Virus record (IMG/VR): IMGVR_UViG_2585428013_000006
Origin: a virus
Taxonomy: Duplodnaviria; Heunggongvirae; Uroviricota; Caudoviricetes
Length of the DNA stretch: 31,244 nucleotides
Strand: one strand, 5' to 3'
A model generated the notes under the pieces. The model did not search any database. It saw only the letters and a list, made by a program, of their open reading frames with translations, and was not told the origin of the DNA. This document shows positions 8,567 to 17,517 of the stretch, piece after piece (the first letter of the stretch is position 1; each line of letters starts with the position of its first letter). Made by a program: the position numbers and the translations under genes.

Positions 8567-9594
8567 TATGCGGCTCTCACTATGTAGTTAAATGCAATAT
8601 TTCGCGGACGGGTTACATTAAAGAATCCATCCTTGAGAACTGCGGTTCTGCGTTGAGCATTAGTTACAGTGCCTAAATCCATATACCAGAGATAGTCACT
8701 TTGATAACTCGCAGAAAGGATCTTATCGCCGCCATAATCAACGGTGGTGCCGTTACTCATATACGAAATATCCAGCCCAGTATCATTATCATCCCTCCCA
8801 CCTACCAGTGTCCCTTTCTGCCATGCCATTAATGCACGTCCTGAATCTACACCTCGCCCATCATCCCATCCGCGTAAAAACTCACCGCGTAAATCTGGTA
8901 AAGTACCTGAAGTGTATGCCGTCGCCAGCTTCGGATATTTGGCTTTATCAAATGTAGCGCCGTTACACTTTAACCATCCCTCTGGCGGGGTTGCCTGCGG
9001 CCACGGAAGCGGGAAACCCACAGGGATATATTTATCAATATCCGACTCAAGCAAATATTGCGTATGTGGATCAGCCGCAGCAACATGCGCCGCCAGTTGC
9101 TGATCAGCATAGGCCTTCACCTGGATTATCTGATCATCAACATACTGGCGGGTTGCCAGCACTACCGAAGGGTCTATTTTCAGCGTTACGGCGGCGGTAC
9201 TGCTGACAATCAGGATCATGCGCACTACCTGCACGCGTCCGCTTCCCTCCTGTAACTGCGGTTTATAGGTTTCCGCGCAGTTGGCTACGGCAATCATATC
9301 GCCGTCTTTATCGAATAAGCCGATTTCACGGATCCACCACCCGCCCACGTCTTCGGGGATCACCTGTTCGGCAATAATCTGGTTGGCGTTGTTCGGATCA
9401 ATGCTTAGGGTATTGAGCGGTGCGCGTCGCAGCTCATGAATCAGCGCCGTTTGTGCCGGGTTCGGCGTCGGCAATGCACCGTTACCATCGCCTACAGCCA
9501 TCTGGGTGATCTCAACCTGCGCACCCAATGCCGTGGCATTTGCCAGTTTCGCCGCGCCCACATTGGTTAGCACGGCATAATATTTAGTCACCAC
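8566..9594 (-). CDS. H: Tail fiber protein H (short form)
   Basis: Conserved P2 H N-terminal domain (VGAAKLA, MAVGDG, SGR.Q...IVSS); no in-frame ATG near the 5' end, so a GTG at 9594 or 9591 (GGAG upstream) or TTG at 9615 is the start. Confidence 0.8.
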   Translation of the reverse strand: MVTKYYAVLTNVGAAKLANATALGAQVEITQMAVGDGNGALPTPNPAQTALIHELRRAPLNTLSIDPNNANQIIAEQVIPEDVGGWWIREIGLFDKDGDMIAVANCAETYKPQLQEGSGRVQVVRMILIVSSTAAVTLKIDPSVVLATRQYVDDQIIQVKAYADQQLAAHVAAADPHTQYLLESDIDKYIPVGFPLPWPQATPPEGWLKCNGATFDKAKYPKLATAYTSGTLPDLRGEFLRGWDDGRGVDSGRALMAWQKGTLVGGRDDNDTGLDISYMSNGTTVDYGGDKILSASYQSDYLWYMDLGTVTNAQRRTAVLKDGFFNVTRPRNIAFNYIVRAA

Positions 9595-10198
9595 TTGCGA
9601 TCTCCACGGTGTCAATTAAATGGATTGCCGCCCCGGTGTAATCATCACCGCCCACGGCTATGGTTTCAGGGAAATACGGGTACACGGTCAGCGTATCGCC
9701 GGAATAACTGCCCGCGCCGATATACAGATCGCCGGTTGTTTGCAGGTGAAGAGACATTCCCAGCATATGACGGCTGCACGGCTTCACATCGGCGATCAGG
9801 CGTTCAAGCTCCTGATAGGTTTCTTCACTAATGCCCTGGTCTTCCACGCCAATATCCAGCGTGAAGGTGCCCGGTGCGGTATCAATGTTCCACCACTCGT
9901 TAACCCGGATGAAGAAGCCGAACGGCTCAACAACCCGGCGCATGGCGCCCGTTGTACCTTTGTACTTATGCAGATAGAACGCATCGGCCACAGCCTTTCG
10001 TTTCGTGCTGATCGGCCAGGCCTCATCCCAGCGATCAACGGAGAAGGCCCACGCCAGATATGGCAGCAGATCGGCCCGACACGTCCACGGGTTCCACAAC
10101 TGGCGCAATGGCACGGGCACTTCACCCAACGACGCGCAGACGCGCGCGGCGACTCGCTCCATTCGGCTGGCGCTGGGTGGTAACAGGTCATTACTCAT
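9584..10198 (-). CDS. I: Baseplate protein I
   Basis: 204 aa; position between J and H; ATG 10198 overlapping the J stop. Confidence 0.8.
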   Translation of the reverse strand: MSNDLLPPSASRMERVAARVCASLGEVPVPLRQLWNPWTCRADLLPYLAWAFSVDRWDEAWPISTKRKAVADAFYLHKYKGTTGAMRRVVEPFGFFIRVNEWWNIDTAPGTFTLDIGVEDQGISEETYQELERLIADVKPCSRHMLGMSLHLQTTGDLYIGAGSYSGDTLTVYPYFPETIAVGGDDYTGAAIHLIDTVEIASGD

Positions 10199-11102
10199 CG
10201 TAACCCCCCACCGTTATGGTGTATTCGGTGCAGTGCGATGCCTGGTAGTCACTCAGCACGATATCCGCAACAGGCTGCGCCAGTTCAACGCGCTGGACGC
10301 CTTCAACGTGCAAGGCGGCGTAGATAGCAGAAAGACGGATATCGCGCCCTAAGCGATTCTGCGCGGCAATATACGCCTGTAACTGCTGTTCCGATGCCTG
10401 CCGGACGGGTTCGGCTTCCGGCCCAGGGTAGATGTAAAGCGTCGCATCAATCTGATACGGCACGATCTCCGCAGACTGTACCGTTACCCTGTCAGCCACC
10501 GGGCGCACCTCTTCATCGTTCAGGGCGGCAGCGACCACGGAAAGCAGATCATCGCTGGCCGTTCCGTCACCCTCGCGCGACAGTACCGAAATGGTGACGC
10601 AGGCAGGCGTAGGACTGACCGCCGAAATATCGGCTACGCGCCCGTCAGCCGAACGGCCCCAAAACTCATATGCAGCCGTTGGCCCGGCCACGCTCAGACC
10701 TTCAAAAGCCTGCTGGGTACGCGTGCGTAAATCCGCGTCTGACTCCATCACAGCTTCAATTGGCGGGGTAACGCTGTCGTCTTCTTCCTGAATGGTCAGA
10801 CGTTCAACGTTGAAATTGACCGCCAGATTATCCAAATCGCTATCCGTGGAATAAGCCAGCATTACCGCGCGGGCTGCTTCATTCACCCGCTGGCGCAACA
10901 GCAATTCGCGATAGCAATTCTCTTCCAGCAGCATGGTGATCGGCTCCGATTCAAGCTCAAGCGTGCGGGCGATCTCTTCCTGTTCATCTTCCGGGTACAT
11001 CGCAATAAACGCGGCCTTGCGCTGCGCGAAAAGCGTTTCGAAGTCCAGCGGTTCAACCACCACGGGCGGCGGTAGCTGCGATAAATCGATCGTGCCGCTC
11101 AT
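10191..11102 (-). CDS. J: Baseplate protein J
   Basis: 303 aa; ATGA overlap with W; size and position match P2 J. Confidence 0.85.
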   Translation of the reverse strand: MSGTIDLSQLPPPVVVEPLDFETLFAQRKAAFIAMYPEDEQEEIARTLELESEPITMLLEENCYRELLLRQRVNEAARAVMLAYSTDSDLDNLAVNFNVERLTIQEEDDSVTPPIEAVMESDADLRTRTQQAFEGLSVAGPTAAYEFWGRSADGRVADISAVSPTPACVTISVLSREGDGTASDDLLSVVAAALNDEEVRPVADRVTVQSAEIVPYQIDATLYIYPGPEAEPVRQASEQQLQAYIAAQNRLGRDIRLSAIYAALHVEGVQRVELAQPVADIVLSDYQASHCTEYTITVGGYDE

Positions 11103-11461
11103 GCCTGGCCCCTCAATGTAATATCGGCGTTAAATGGCGTCTGATTATCGGTGCGGTTGGCCTGGATAGTGGCAACCAGCCGACCGGCACCCGGCGCGCT
11201 CAGGGTGATACTGGTCAGAGAGATCCGCGGTTCCCATAAATACAGGGCGCTGTAGATGGCAGACATAACGCGCAGCTTCGTTATGGCGTTATCGACCGGC
11301 TGATCTATCAGGTTGAAAAGCTGCGAACCGTAAGCGCGGCGCATTACACGGGAACCGATCGGCGTTAACAGAATATCGCCGATAGACTGCGCTATATGCT
11401 CGTTGTCGGTGATGGCATAGCCTGAACTGGCATTCATGCCGCTGTAACGGACTGTACTCAT
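11099..11461 (-). CDS. W: Baseplate protein W
   Basis: 120 aa; overlaps the V stop; position. Confidence 0.8.
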   Translation of the reverse strand: MSTVRYSGMNASSGYAITDNEHIAQSIGDILLTPIGSRVMRRAYGSQLFNLIDQPVDNAITKLRVMSAIYSALYLWEPRISLTSITLSAPGAGRLVATIQANRTDNQTPFNADITLRGQA

Positions 11462-12087
11462 ACCGGGCCACCTGTATTACTACCACCGGACTGAACGCCG
11501 CTATGTTTGTGCGAATGGACAACGACACCATTAGACGAAAGCGATCCGCCTGAATGAGTAATATTGCCCTTCATTTCCCCGCCGTTTTGTACTTCCAGCG
11601 TGGCGGTGATCAGCTTGTTGGTGCAGACCACTTCCGGCGTGTCCAGGGTAACGCGCGTATCTGCCTTGACCGTTACCACCGGCACGGTGGCGGTAATGGA
11701 TTCCGACGCGGTGACGCTTGCCGTTTTCACCCCGCTGACAACCAGCGCGCTGGCCTCCGGGTCATATGAGATACGGGCGCCATCCGGGTGCAGGATCACG
11801 CAGGTGGTAGCGCCAGCATCTGGCGGCGGTGCGTCTTCGCTGTAAAGGCTTCCGGCAATGAATGCCGTTTCCATCTCACCGCAGGGGCACAAAATATAAA
11901 CCTGTTCGCCCACTGTCGGCGCCCACCACGTCACGGCTTCACCGGCGCGCGGCACTGCCCAGCGGATCCAGTCGGTTTTGTTCTCGCCTGTTTCGACGCG
12001 CGCAAGGTACTTTTCCGTATCCACTTCCAGCACGGTGCCAATGCGGGCGAGATTGCAGATAAGGCGATAGAGTTCGTTTAAATTCAT
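11458..12087 (-). CDS. V: Baseplate spike/assembly protein V
   Basis: 209 aa; first gene of the V-W-J-I-H-G block; ATG 12087. Confidence 0.8.
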   Translation of the reverse strand: MNLNELYRLICNLARIGTVLEVDTEKYLARVETGENKTDWIRWAVPRAGEAVTWWAPTVGEQVYILCPCGEMETAFIAGSLYSEDAPPPDAGATTCVILHPDGARISYDPEASALVVSGVKTASVTASESITATVPVVTVKADTRVTLDTPEVVCTNKLITATLEVQNGGEMKGNITHSGGSLSSNGVVVHSHKHSGVQSGGSNTGGPV

Positions 12088-12225
12088 AGTGCTGACTGTT
12101 TCCCGTGGTGCCGGTTACGCTGTCCGGCGTCGCTTCCACCCGGTAGCAGGCTTTACGACCGTTTCGGCTTTTGGGTTATGCAGTCAGTATCAGGAGTCGC
12201 GCGCGCGCAAACAACGCGGCGCCAT

Positions 12226-12243
12226 TGTGGCGGGTTGGTGACA
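12226..12243. promoter_or_regulatory. TGT-N12-ACA dyad, candidate late promoter (PV-like) between S and V
   Basis: TGTGGCGGGTTGGTGACA; CGCGCGCGCGC tract at 12198-12208 lies between the dyad and V. Confidence 0.55.
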
Positions 12244-12244
12244 A

Positions 12245-12889
12245 TCAAATCTCTTGCATGAAGGCGACAACAGTATCGGCCAGCCAGTCTAAATCCCCCT
12301 CGGTCATGCCCAGGAGTTCACGCACCGGGTAGCGTGCACGGGCACCCGGCACCACGTTATCGACTTCACCGTACTGGTGAACGCTGGCAATTTCGGCGGT
12401 ATGCCCCTGAAAGCCAACCACAGCCATGCCGCCCGTACCGTAAGCCTTAAGAAAGCGTGCGGTGCGCAGCTTGCGGAACATCGGATCCTTTCTGGTGCGG
12501 TTCTGCCTGGACTGGTTGAGATTGATTTCAATATAGCGCTGGATATCGCGCTTATAGAACGTGCGCAGGGCGCCGCGATCAACGTCATAGCCGGTGATTG
12601 CTCGGTGCTCACCCCTGCCCGTGGTTCGCCAGTTGCGTAACTCCCTGGCCTCATCATTCCATATGAACTTTATCCCGCCCTGGGTGCGCAGGATTTTGCG
12701 GCGGCGGGCCTGATAGCTTTCACCGCTGGGGTTCTTCTGGCTGGCGATACGCTTTTGCTGGCGCTTACGCAGCCCGATCGCAACGTCGCGCGTCAGCTTG
12801 CGACGGTGCCCCGGCGAAAGCTGCGCGGCCACACTGGCTAGCAAGTCGTCTAACTGCTGGAAGAGGGGATCGGTTTGTTGTCCTGCCAT
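12245..12889 (-). CDS. S: Tail completion / virion morphogenesis protein S
   Basis: 214 aa; follows R; start overlaps the R 3' end by 40 nt. Confidence 0.7.
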   Translation of the reverse strand: MAGQQTDPLFQQLDDLLASVAAQLSPGHRRKLTRDVAIGLRKRQQKRIASQKNPSGESYQARRRKILRTQGGIKFIWNDEARELRNWRTTGRGEHRAITGYDVDRGALRTFYKRDIQRYIEINLNQSRQNRTRKDPMFRKLRTARFLKAYGTGGMAVVGFQGHTAEIASVHQYGEVDNVVPGARARYPVRELLGMTEGDLDWLADTVVAFMQEI

Positions 12890-13344
12890 GTTTCGCCGCT
12901 GACCTCATCAACAAATACCAGTGACCACGCGCCAATTTCTGGCCCCGGTGCAGGGTCAGCACGGTGACGGGTGACGATCTCGCCATCTTCACGGGTGACG
13001 ATCACCGCTTCATCAGCCTGAATCTGGATCAGCACGTCCATCGTGCTGTTACTCAGAATATCGGCTTCAAATGTTATGCCGTTCTGCTGCCTGTCCGGGT
13101 TAAACAACAGATCAGGCTGATATAAGCGCGCCCATGCCAGCACCGGCACGCTGATAGTATCCAGAGATTCAGGAAAATCCATCACCAGCACTTCCAGCGT
13201 ATAGCGATACTCAAACGCAGCAGCACGCTGGCCGGTGCTGACCATACGGCCTTTACGCAGGTAAACCGCCAGATTATCGGGATTCTCGCGCAGCCAGGGC
13301 ACATGCTGGCTTATCATCTGGCGCAGCAAATCGGGTTTAAGCAT
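12850..13344 (-). CDS. R: Tail completion protein R
   Basis: 164 aa; position after the lysis genes. Confidence 0.75.
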   Translation of the reverse strand: MLKPDLLRQMISQHVPWLRENPDNLAVYLRKGRMVSTGQRAAAFEYRYTLEVLVMDFPESLDTISVPVLAWARLYQPDLLFNPDRQQNGITFEADILSNSTMDVLIQIQADEAVIVTREDGEIVTRHRADPAPGPEIGAWSLVFVDEVSGETWQDNKPIPSSSS

Positions 13345-13877
13345 TACTTCTCCCTCCCGGACTTAACCGCATCATACGCAGCCTCACAGGCTAATCCTCT
13401 GGCTCTTGCTTCATCAGCATCTTTTGCCAGTTGCCCCGCTCGATCGTCAGCGCGGCGGAACAGGTCGGCGAGCAGTACGGCGCCGCTGGTTTCTGCCTCG
13501 CTTCTGCCGGAAGTTCCGGCACCGCAGGCGCGTTCACGGTCTGCCAGTTGCCTGGCGAGTTTGTCGGCCCTGTCGTGCAGCCCACGAGAAGCAGCACGGG
13601 CACGATCGGCATCAGCCTGCACGCCAGCAAGCTGCTGACTGGCTTGTTTTCTGATCGCATCAATTTCACCTTGTCGGCGTTGTTCTTCTGTCCTGGCCTC
13701 TGCCTGCCTTTTCGCCAGCGCGGTGGCGTCGCGTGCATCCCGCTGTGCCCACTCTCCACGCCAGTGCTTATCGGCATCACCGTAACCGGCGCTGTAACGC
13801 CAGTGGCTAAAACCCCATACAGCAGCAGCGGCCAGCACAAAACAAACGATCACTTTCCAGCGTGACAACAGCCCCAT
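13344..13877 (-). CDS. lysB: LysB, Rz-like inner-membrane spanin
   Basis: 177 aa; N-terminal transmembrane helix (VIVCFVLAAAAVWGF) then charged, Arg/Ala/Gln-rich coiled-coil region. Confidence 0.7.
   Translation of the reverse strand: MGLLSRWKVIVCFVLAAAAVWGFSHWRYSAGYGDADKHWRGEWAQRDARDATALAKRQAEARTEEQRRQGEIDAIRKQASQQLAGVQADADRARAASRGLHDRADKLARQLADRERACGAGTSGRSEAETSGAVLLADLFRRADDRAGQLAKDADEARARGLACEAAYDAVKSGREK
13391..13660 (-). CDS. lysC: LysC, Rz1-like outer-membrane lipoprotein spanin embedded in lysB in another frame
   Basis: Lipobox LLVGC after a short hydrophobic leader; Pro-rich mature part; alternative start at ATG 13612. Confidence 0.5.
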   Translation of the reverse strand: MRSENKPVSSLLACRLMPIVPVLLLVGCTTGPTNSPGNWQTVNAPAVPELPAEARQKPAAPYCSPTCSAALTIERGNWQKMLMKQEPED

Positions 13878-13912
13878 TTCAAAACCTCTCGCCAGCTCGC
13901 ACCGTCAATACA

Positions 13913-13974
13913 GGCCGTGCTGGAGCACTGTCAAAAATGACCGCGCTCAATACGCACGGCCAGCACAGTTAAAA
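13913..13974. repeat. 62-bp intergenic repeat, copy 2 (between K and lysB)
   Basis: Same element as 7882-7943, same orientation; 51 of 62 positions identical by hand alignment. Confidence 0.7.
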
Positions 13975-13978
13975 ATGA

Positions 13979-14413
13979 TCAGGCCAGAAATAACGTGCGC
14001 TCGGCTTCCCGACGCTTAACCAGCCCCGGCAACACCTTCCCGCCTGCTTTATTCCATTTCGGAAACTCAGCCGCAGCCCCGGCGTAATCCCCAGCATTCA
14101 GCTTTTTCAGCAGTGTGGAACCTTCCAGCGCCTTTACGCCCAGGTTGTAGGCAAAATCAACCAGCGCATCGAACTGATTTTGATTGATGGTGACTTTAAC
14201 CAGCCCCGTAACGCCTTTTTCATACTGCACCAGACCGCTACGCAACAGGCTATCGGCAGTTTCCTGCGTAATGGTCATACCCTTGCCAACCGGCACACCG
14301 TTGACGGGTTGAGTCCATCCATAACCGATCGTCCAGACGCCTACAGAATCCTGATAAGCGGCCAGCCTGCACCCTTCAAAGCCTTTCAGCATGTTGATGC
14401 CGTTATTGCTCAT
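13979..14413 (-). CDS. K: Endolysin (phage lysozyme, T4-lysozyme-like)
   Basis: Lysozyme-like motifs (GFEG.RL.AYQD, T.GYGWT); ATG at 14413 with GGTGGAG RBS (the track start 14419 is GTG). Confidence 0.85.
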   Translation of the reverse strand: MSNNGINMLKGFEGCRLAAYQDSVGVWTIGYGWTQPVNGVPVGKGMTITQETADSLLRSGLVQYEKGVTGLVKVTINQNQFDALVDFAYNLGVKALEGSTLLKKLNAGDYAGAAAEFPKWNKAGGKVLPGLVKRREAERTLFLA

Positions 14414-14738
14414 CTCCACCTTTCATCCCTCCGATTCGGTTTTCGATAAACCCGGTAACTTTGTTGCGGACTTTATCCGCGCCCATAAATCCGATTGAGG
14501 CGCCCACGAATGTTACTGCGTTGGACGGAAGCCCCAGATATTCCAGCGAACCGGCCACAGCAAGCGTGACAATCCCACATACCAGCGATCCGGTGGCGGT
14601 TTTAAGCAAAGACTGCCCATCGTAAAGGCTCATTAGCGCCGAAATACTCAGCGCCGCACCAGCCGCAAACAGTGTCGGCAGATAAGTAGCGATCCATTTC
14701 ATTGTTTGTTCGAGTAATCCCGGTGGTGTGTCGTGCAT
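14403..14738 (-). CDS. Y: Holin
   Basis: About 111 aa with hydrophobic helices; ATG 14738 preceded by GGGGGAGG; the track ORF extends further 5' into gene X in another frame. Confidence 0.65.
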   Translation of the reverse strand: MHDTPPGLLEQTMKWIATYLPTLFAAGAALSISALMSLYDGQSLLKTATGSLVCGIVTLAVAGSLEYLGLPSNAVTFVGASIGFMGADKVRNKVTGFIENRIGGMKGGDEQ

Positions 14739-14748
14739 ACCCTCCCCC

Positions 14749-14949
14749 TTAATCCCATAGCTGCACGGTTTCCCGCTGGGCTGGCGGCTGGATCTCTGGC
14801 AGGTAGACAATCTGCCCGGCCTGCAACTCAGTGGCGGCGGAAATGCCCTTATTGGCATCGATCACCGCCTCGGTAACGCCTGCTGTTCTGCCGTAATAGC
14901 GCCAGCAAAGCAGGTCGATCGTGTCGTTTTGCTGCGCCTGAACGTTCAT
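14749..14949 (-). CDS. X: Tail protein X
   Basis: 66 aa; size and position between L and the holin. Confidence 0.75.
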   Translation of the reverse strand: MNVQAQQNDTIDLLCWRYYGRTAGVTEAVIDANKGISAATELQAGQIVYLPEIQPPAQRETVQLWD

Positions 14950-15437
14950 TACACCAACTCCGCCAGACCCCGGCTTTCGTCCTGGATATCACGGATTGAC
15001 CAGCGCACATCCCGCCACAGCGTATCGATCTGCGTGCTCAATGCCGCCGCGTGGTCTTCGCCTTTACTGGTGGTGTCAATATCGCGGTAGCCTTCAATCA
15101 ACAGCGCCTTAGTGAGTGAATACACGGCGTTTTTATATCGCCATACCTTCACGGAAGTGCCATTCACCGGACTGGCCGGAATTTCTGCCAATGACTCATA
15201 GCCCGCATCAATCTGCACCTGACGCCACAGGAAAAGCTGATCATTAACATGGGCCACCGCTTCCACCGTTCGCGACATCAGGCGATCGGTTGTCACCTGC
15301 CCATCAAGACGCATCGCGCGGCGTAGTTCAGCCAGCAAAATGACCGGCCAGAATGGCAGGCTTTCGACCTTCGCGCCGCCATCATCAGGCACTGGATCGG
15401 ATGGTGGCCGTACTGGCTCAGTGGCTACCAGACTCAT
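14949..15437 (-). CDS. L: Head completion protein L
   Basis: Start chosen at ATG 15437 (MSLVATEP, GGAG upstream), not the longer track ORF; position after M. Confidence 0.75.
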   Translation of the reverse strand: MSLVATEPVRPPSDPVPDDGGAKVESLPFWPVILLAELRRAMRLDGQVTTDRLMSRTVEAVAHVNDQLFLWRQVQIDAGYESLAEIPASPVNGTSVKVWRYKNAVYSLTKALLIEGYRDIDTTSKGEDHAAALSTQIDTLWRDVRWSIRDIQDESRGLAELV

Positions 15438-15539
15438 GATCTCTACTCCGTATAAGTCAGGCGGTGGACGGCAGGACGAAGACGCGGTGTTGCCTGTTTT
15501 CGCCTGCCGTGCCGCCTGGGTGCGCGGGGGCACGTTCGG

Positions 15540-16388
15540 TTATGACGCCGCCTTCTGGCGGGCTGTCGTGGTTCTTTTCTTCGCTGCCGGTTTGCTTTTA
15601 GCCGCAGGCTTTTTGGTTTCCCGCTTCGCTTTTGGCTGGGCTGGCGGCTTTGCCGTCTGGGTTTCGGTGCTGTTTGCTTCTGGCTTGCCGTCTTCGCCGT
15701 CACCGTCAGCAGGTTGTCCGGACTTCTTAAGCGCACGTTGCAGAAGCTCAATATCACGGGTTACGCCTGCTTTTTTCGGGTTCAATACTGCCGCCTGGCG
15801 CAGGTATTCAACCGCAGCGGTCAGCGATTCAACGTTGTCCGTCAGGCGCAGCGTATACCCCAGCGCCTTAAGCAGCTTTGAGCGCACCTCATCCGGCATA
15901 TCTTCGTTCAGGGTTAAGCCCCGTAACGCTTCCAGCAGGTCAGCGGCGACCGGCGCAACAGCCGGGTTAGCTTTGAATGCAGCCAGGACTGGATCGCAAA
16001 TTTCTTCCACCAGTACGGTGGCGGTGGTGCGGCGATACTGATCCGGCATCGGTAACTTATGGCGCAATACGTACTGACCAATGCGCAGAGCTTCGGCGAT
16101 GTTTCCGCAGTCACAACACCAGATCATGACGGTGGTTAACACGTCGTCAGACTGGCCGGAATCTGCCGTAAGTACGCCTTCAATCCACGGCTGATAGTCC
16201 GGCAGCAGTTCGCGTTTTAAATCCGCTTTAGCCTTCTGGGACTGGACACGGCTCAAACGGGCTTTATCCAGTCGCAGGCGGTGAAGCATGGTTTCGTATG
16301 CCGTCATTTCAAGCTGCGACGGCTCACGGCTGGCGTGGCGGCGTTCAGCCATCACGCGATTAAAATGTTGTTGAGCAGGTGTCAACAT
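15540..16388 (-). CDS. M: Terminase endonuclease subunit M
   Basis: 282 aa; position between N and L; lysine-rich C-terminal tail. Confidence 0.8.
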   Translation of the reverse strand: MLTPAQQHFNRVMAERRHASREPSQLEMTAYETMLHRLRLDKARLSRVQSQKAKADLKRELLPDYQPWIEGVLTADSGQSDDVLTTVMIWCCDCGNIAEALRIGQYVLRHKLPMPDQYRRTTATVLVEEICDPVLAAFKANPAVAPVAADLLEALRGLTLNEDMPDEVRSKLLKALGYTLRLTDNVESLTAAVEYLRQAAVLNPKKAGVTRDIELLQRALKKSGQPADGDGEDGKPEANSTETQTAKPPAQPKAKRETKKPAAKSKPAAKKRTTTARQKAAS

Positions 16389-16430
16389 GATGCCCCCAAA
16401 GCGGCCAGCAGTTAGCTGGCCTGCGCTGAT

Positions 16431-17477
16431 TTATGGTGCCGGTGCTGGTTCGGCGGCGGTAATGCCTTCGATCAGACAGCCGAAGCCGTAATCTTCAACA
16501 ACATAGGCATCATTTGACGAACTGTAGGTAGAGACGCGGTTGTATTCCGGCTCTTCCACAATGCGGCGGCGGTGCGCACCTTCCTGCCAGTAAATCGACA
16601 GGTTTTCCCACGAAGTGATAAACATGCTGCCATCAGGGAAGAAAGGCGCGATAAACGAAGGCAGGTTGCCGATCGTCTTACGCGATGCGATCAACTGACC
16701 GGCCAGTGCTTCGGAGTTCGGGTTATTGGTGCTGACGGCGTTGATGATCGGGAACGAACGGCTAACCGTCAGATTACGACCGGTGATCACCACCAGATTG
16801 GGCGAATCTTTGTACCATTCGTCCATCAGTGAGTTAACCGCGTCATAAACCAGCGAGTCGTAGTTACCGTAATCACCTTTAGCAATCACCTGGTTGGAAT
16901 CGTCGCGGCTGGTCACGGTGATATCTTTCATGACACGTTGCGGCGCGTTTGCGCGGTACTGTTGCAGCCAGCCGATACCACAATCCTGCAAAAGCGGGTT
17001 AGCGTTGCGGTCGGACTTATCCGCGTAGCTGGTTCCGTTAAAGCCGATCATGATGCGATCAAGCGCAATACGCTGAATGATCTGATTGCTCAGTCGCTGC
17101 TGGAAATCCGGGAATTTAGCCCAGGCATCAAGCTGCGCATAAGAGGCGAAAGTATCCGCGTTCACCTTATTACAGGTGTACTTGTTCGAATCCAGCGCCG
17201 TGACGGAAACAGGCTGGCGGCGATCGGTAGTGGAATTGTTGGTGCTGGAGATCGGCCCGCTCACACCCAGACCGATTTTTTCACCGGACTGATCGTTAAC
17301 GCCGTAGATATTAATCTTCTTCAACATTTCGGAAGACTGCTGCACCTTGTCTTCAAGCGTCTGCTCAACGCTCGGATCAATGCTGAACGCCTTTGTTACG
17401 TGGGATTTGTTGATGTGGTTGAGTTCGGCCTGTCGCTCAAGATACGCATCAAACAATTCACGGGTAGAATTACGCAT
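16431..17477 (-). CDS. N: Major capsid protein N
   Basis: 348 aa; strong resemblance to P2 gpN (e.g. KIGIGV.G, NP.LQD.GIGWLQ.YR, YF..P.NLS). Confidence 0.95.
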   Translation of the reverse strand: MRNSTRELFDAYLERQAELNHINKSHVTKAFSIDPSVEQTLEDKVQQSSEMLKKINIYGVNDQSGEKIGLGVSGPISSTNNSTTDRRQPVSVTALDSNKYTCNKVNADTFASYAQLDAWAKFPDFQQRLSNQIIQRIALDRIMIGFNGTSYADKSDRNANPLLQDCGIGWLQQYRANAPQRVMKDITVTSRDDSNQVIAKGDYGNYDSLVYDAVNSLMDEWYKDSPNLVVITGRNLTVSRSFPIINAVSTNNPNSEALAGQLIASRKTIGNLPSFIAPFFPDGSMFITSWENLSIYWQEGAHRRRIVEEPEYNRVSTYSSSNDAYVVEDYGFGCLIEGITAAEPAPAP

Positions 17478-17517
17478 AGTTATTTTTCCTGTACTGTTCC
17501 TTCGTTACTGACGGCGA

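Noticed and set aside
9620-10183. 187-aa plus-strand ORF inside gene I (also 9796-10191, 10005-10352)
   Set aside because: Antisense or alternate-frame overlaps of baseplate genes; no independent support.
14403-14858. 151-aa ORF overlapping gene X
   Set aside because: Over-extended holin frame. ATG 14738 has a strong GGGGGAGG RBS and avoids an out-of-frame overlap with X.
14949-15533. 194-aa version of gene L
   Set aside because: The N-terminal extension is Pro/Ala-rich low-complexity sequence. An internal ATG at 15437 with GGAG gives a gpL of the expected size.
15340-16041. 233-aa plus-strand ORF across L/M
   Set aside because: Antisense to the terminase small subunit and L; Ser/Ala-rich low complexity.
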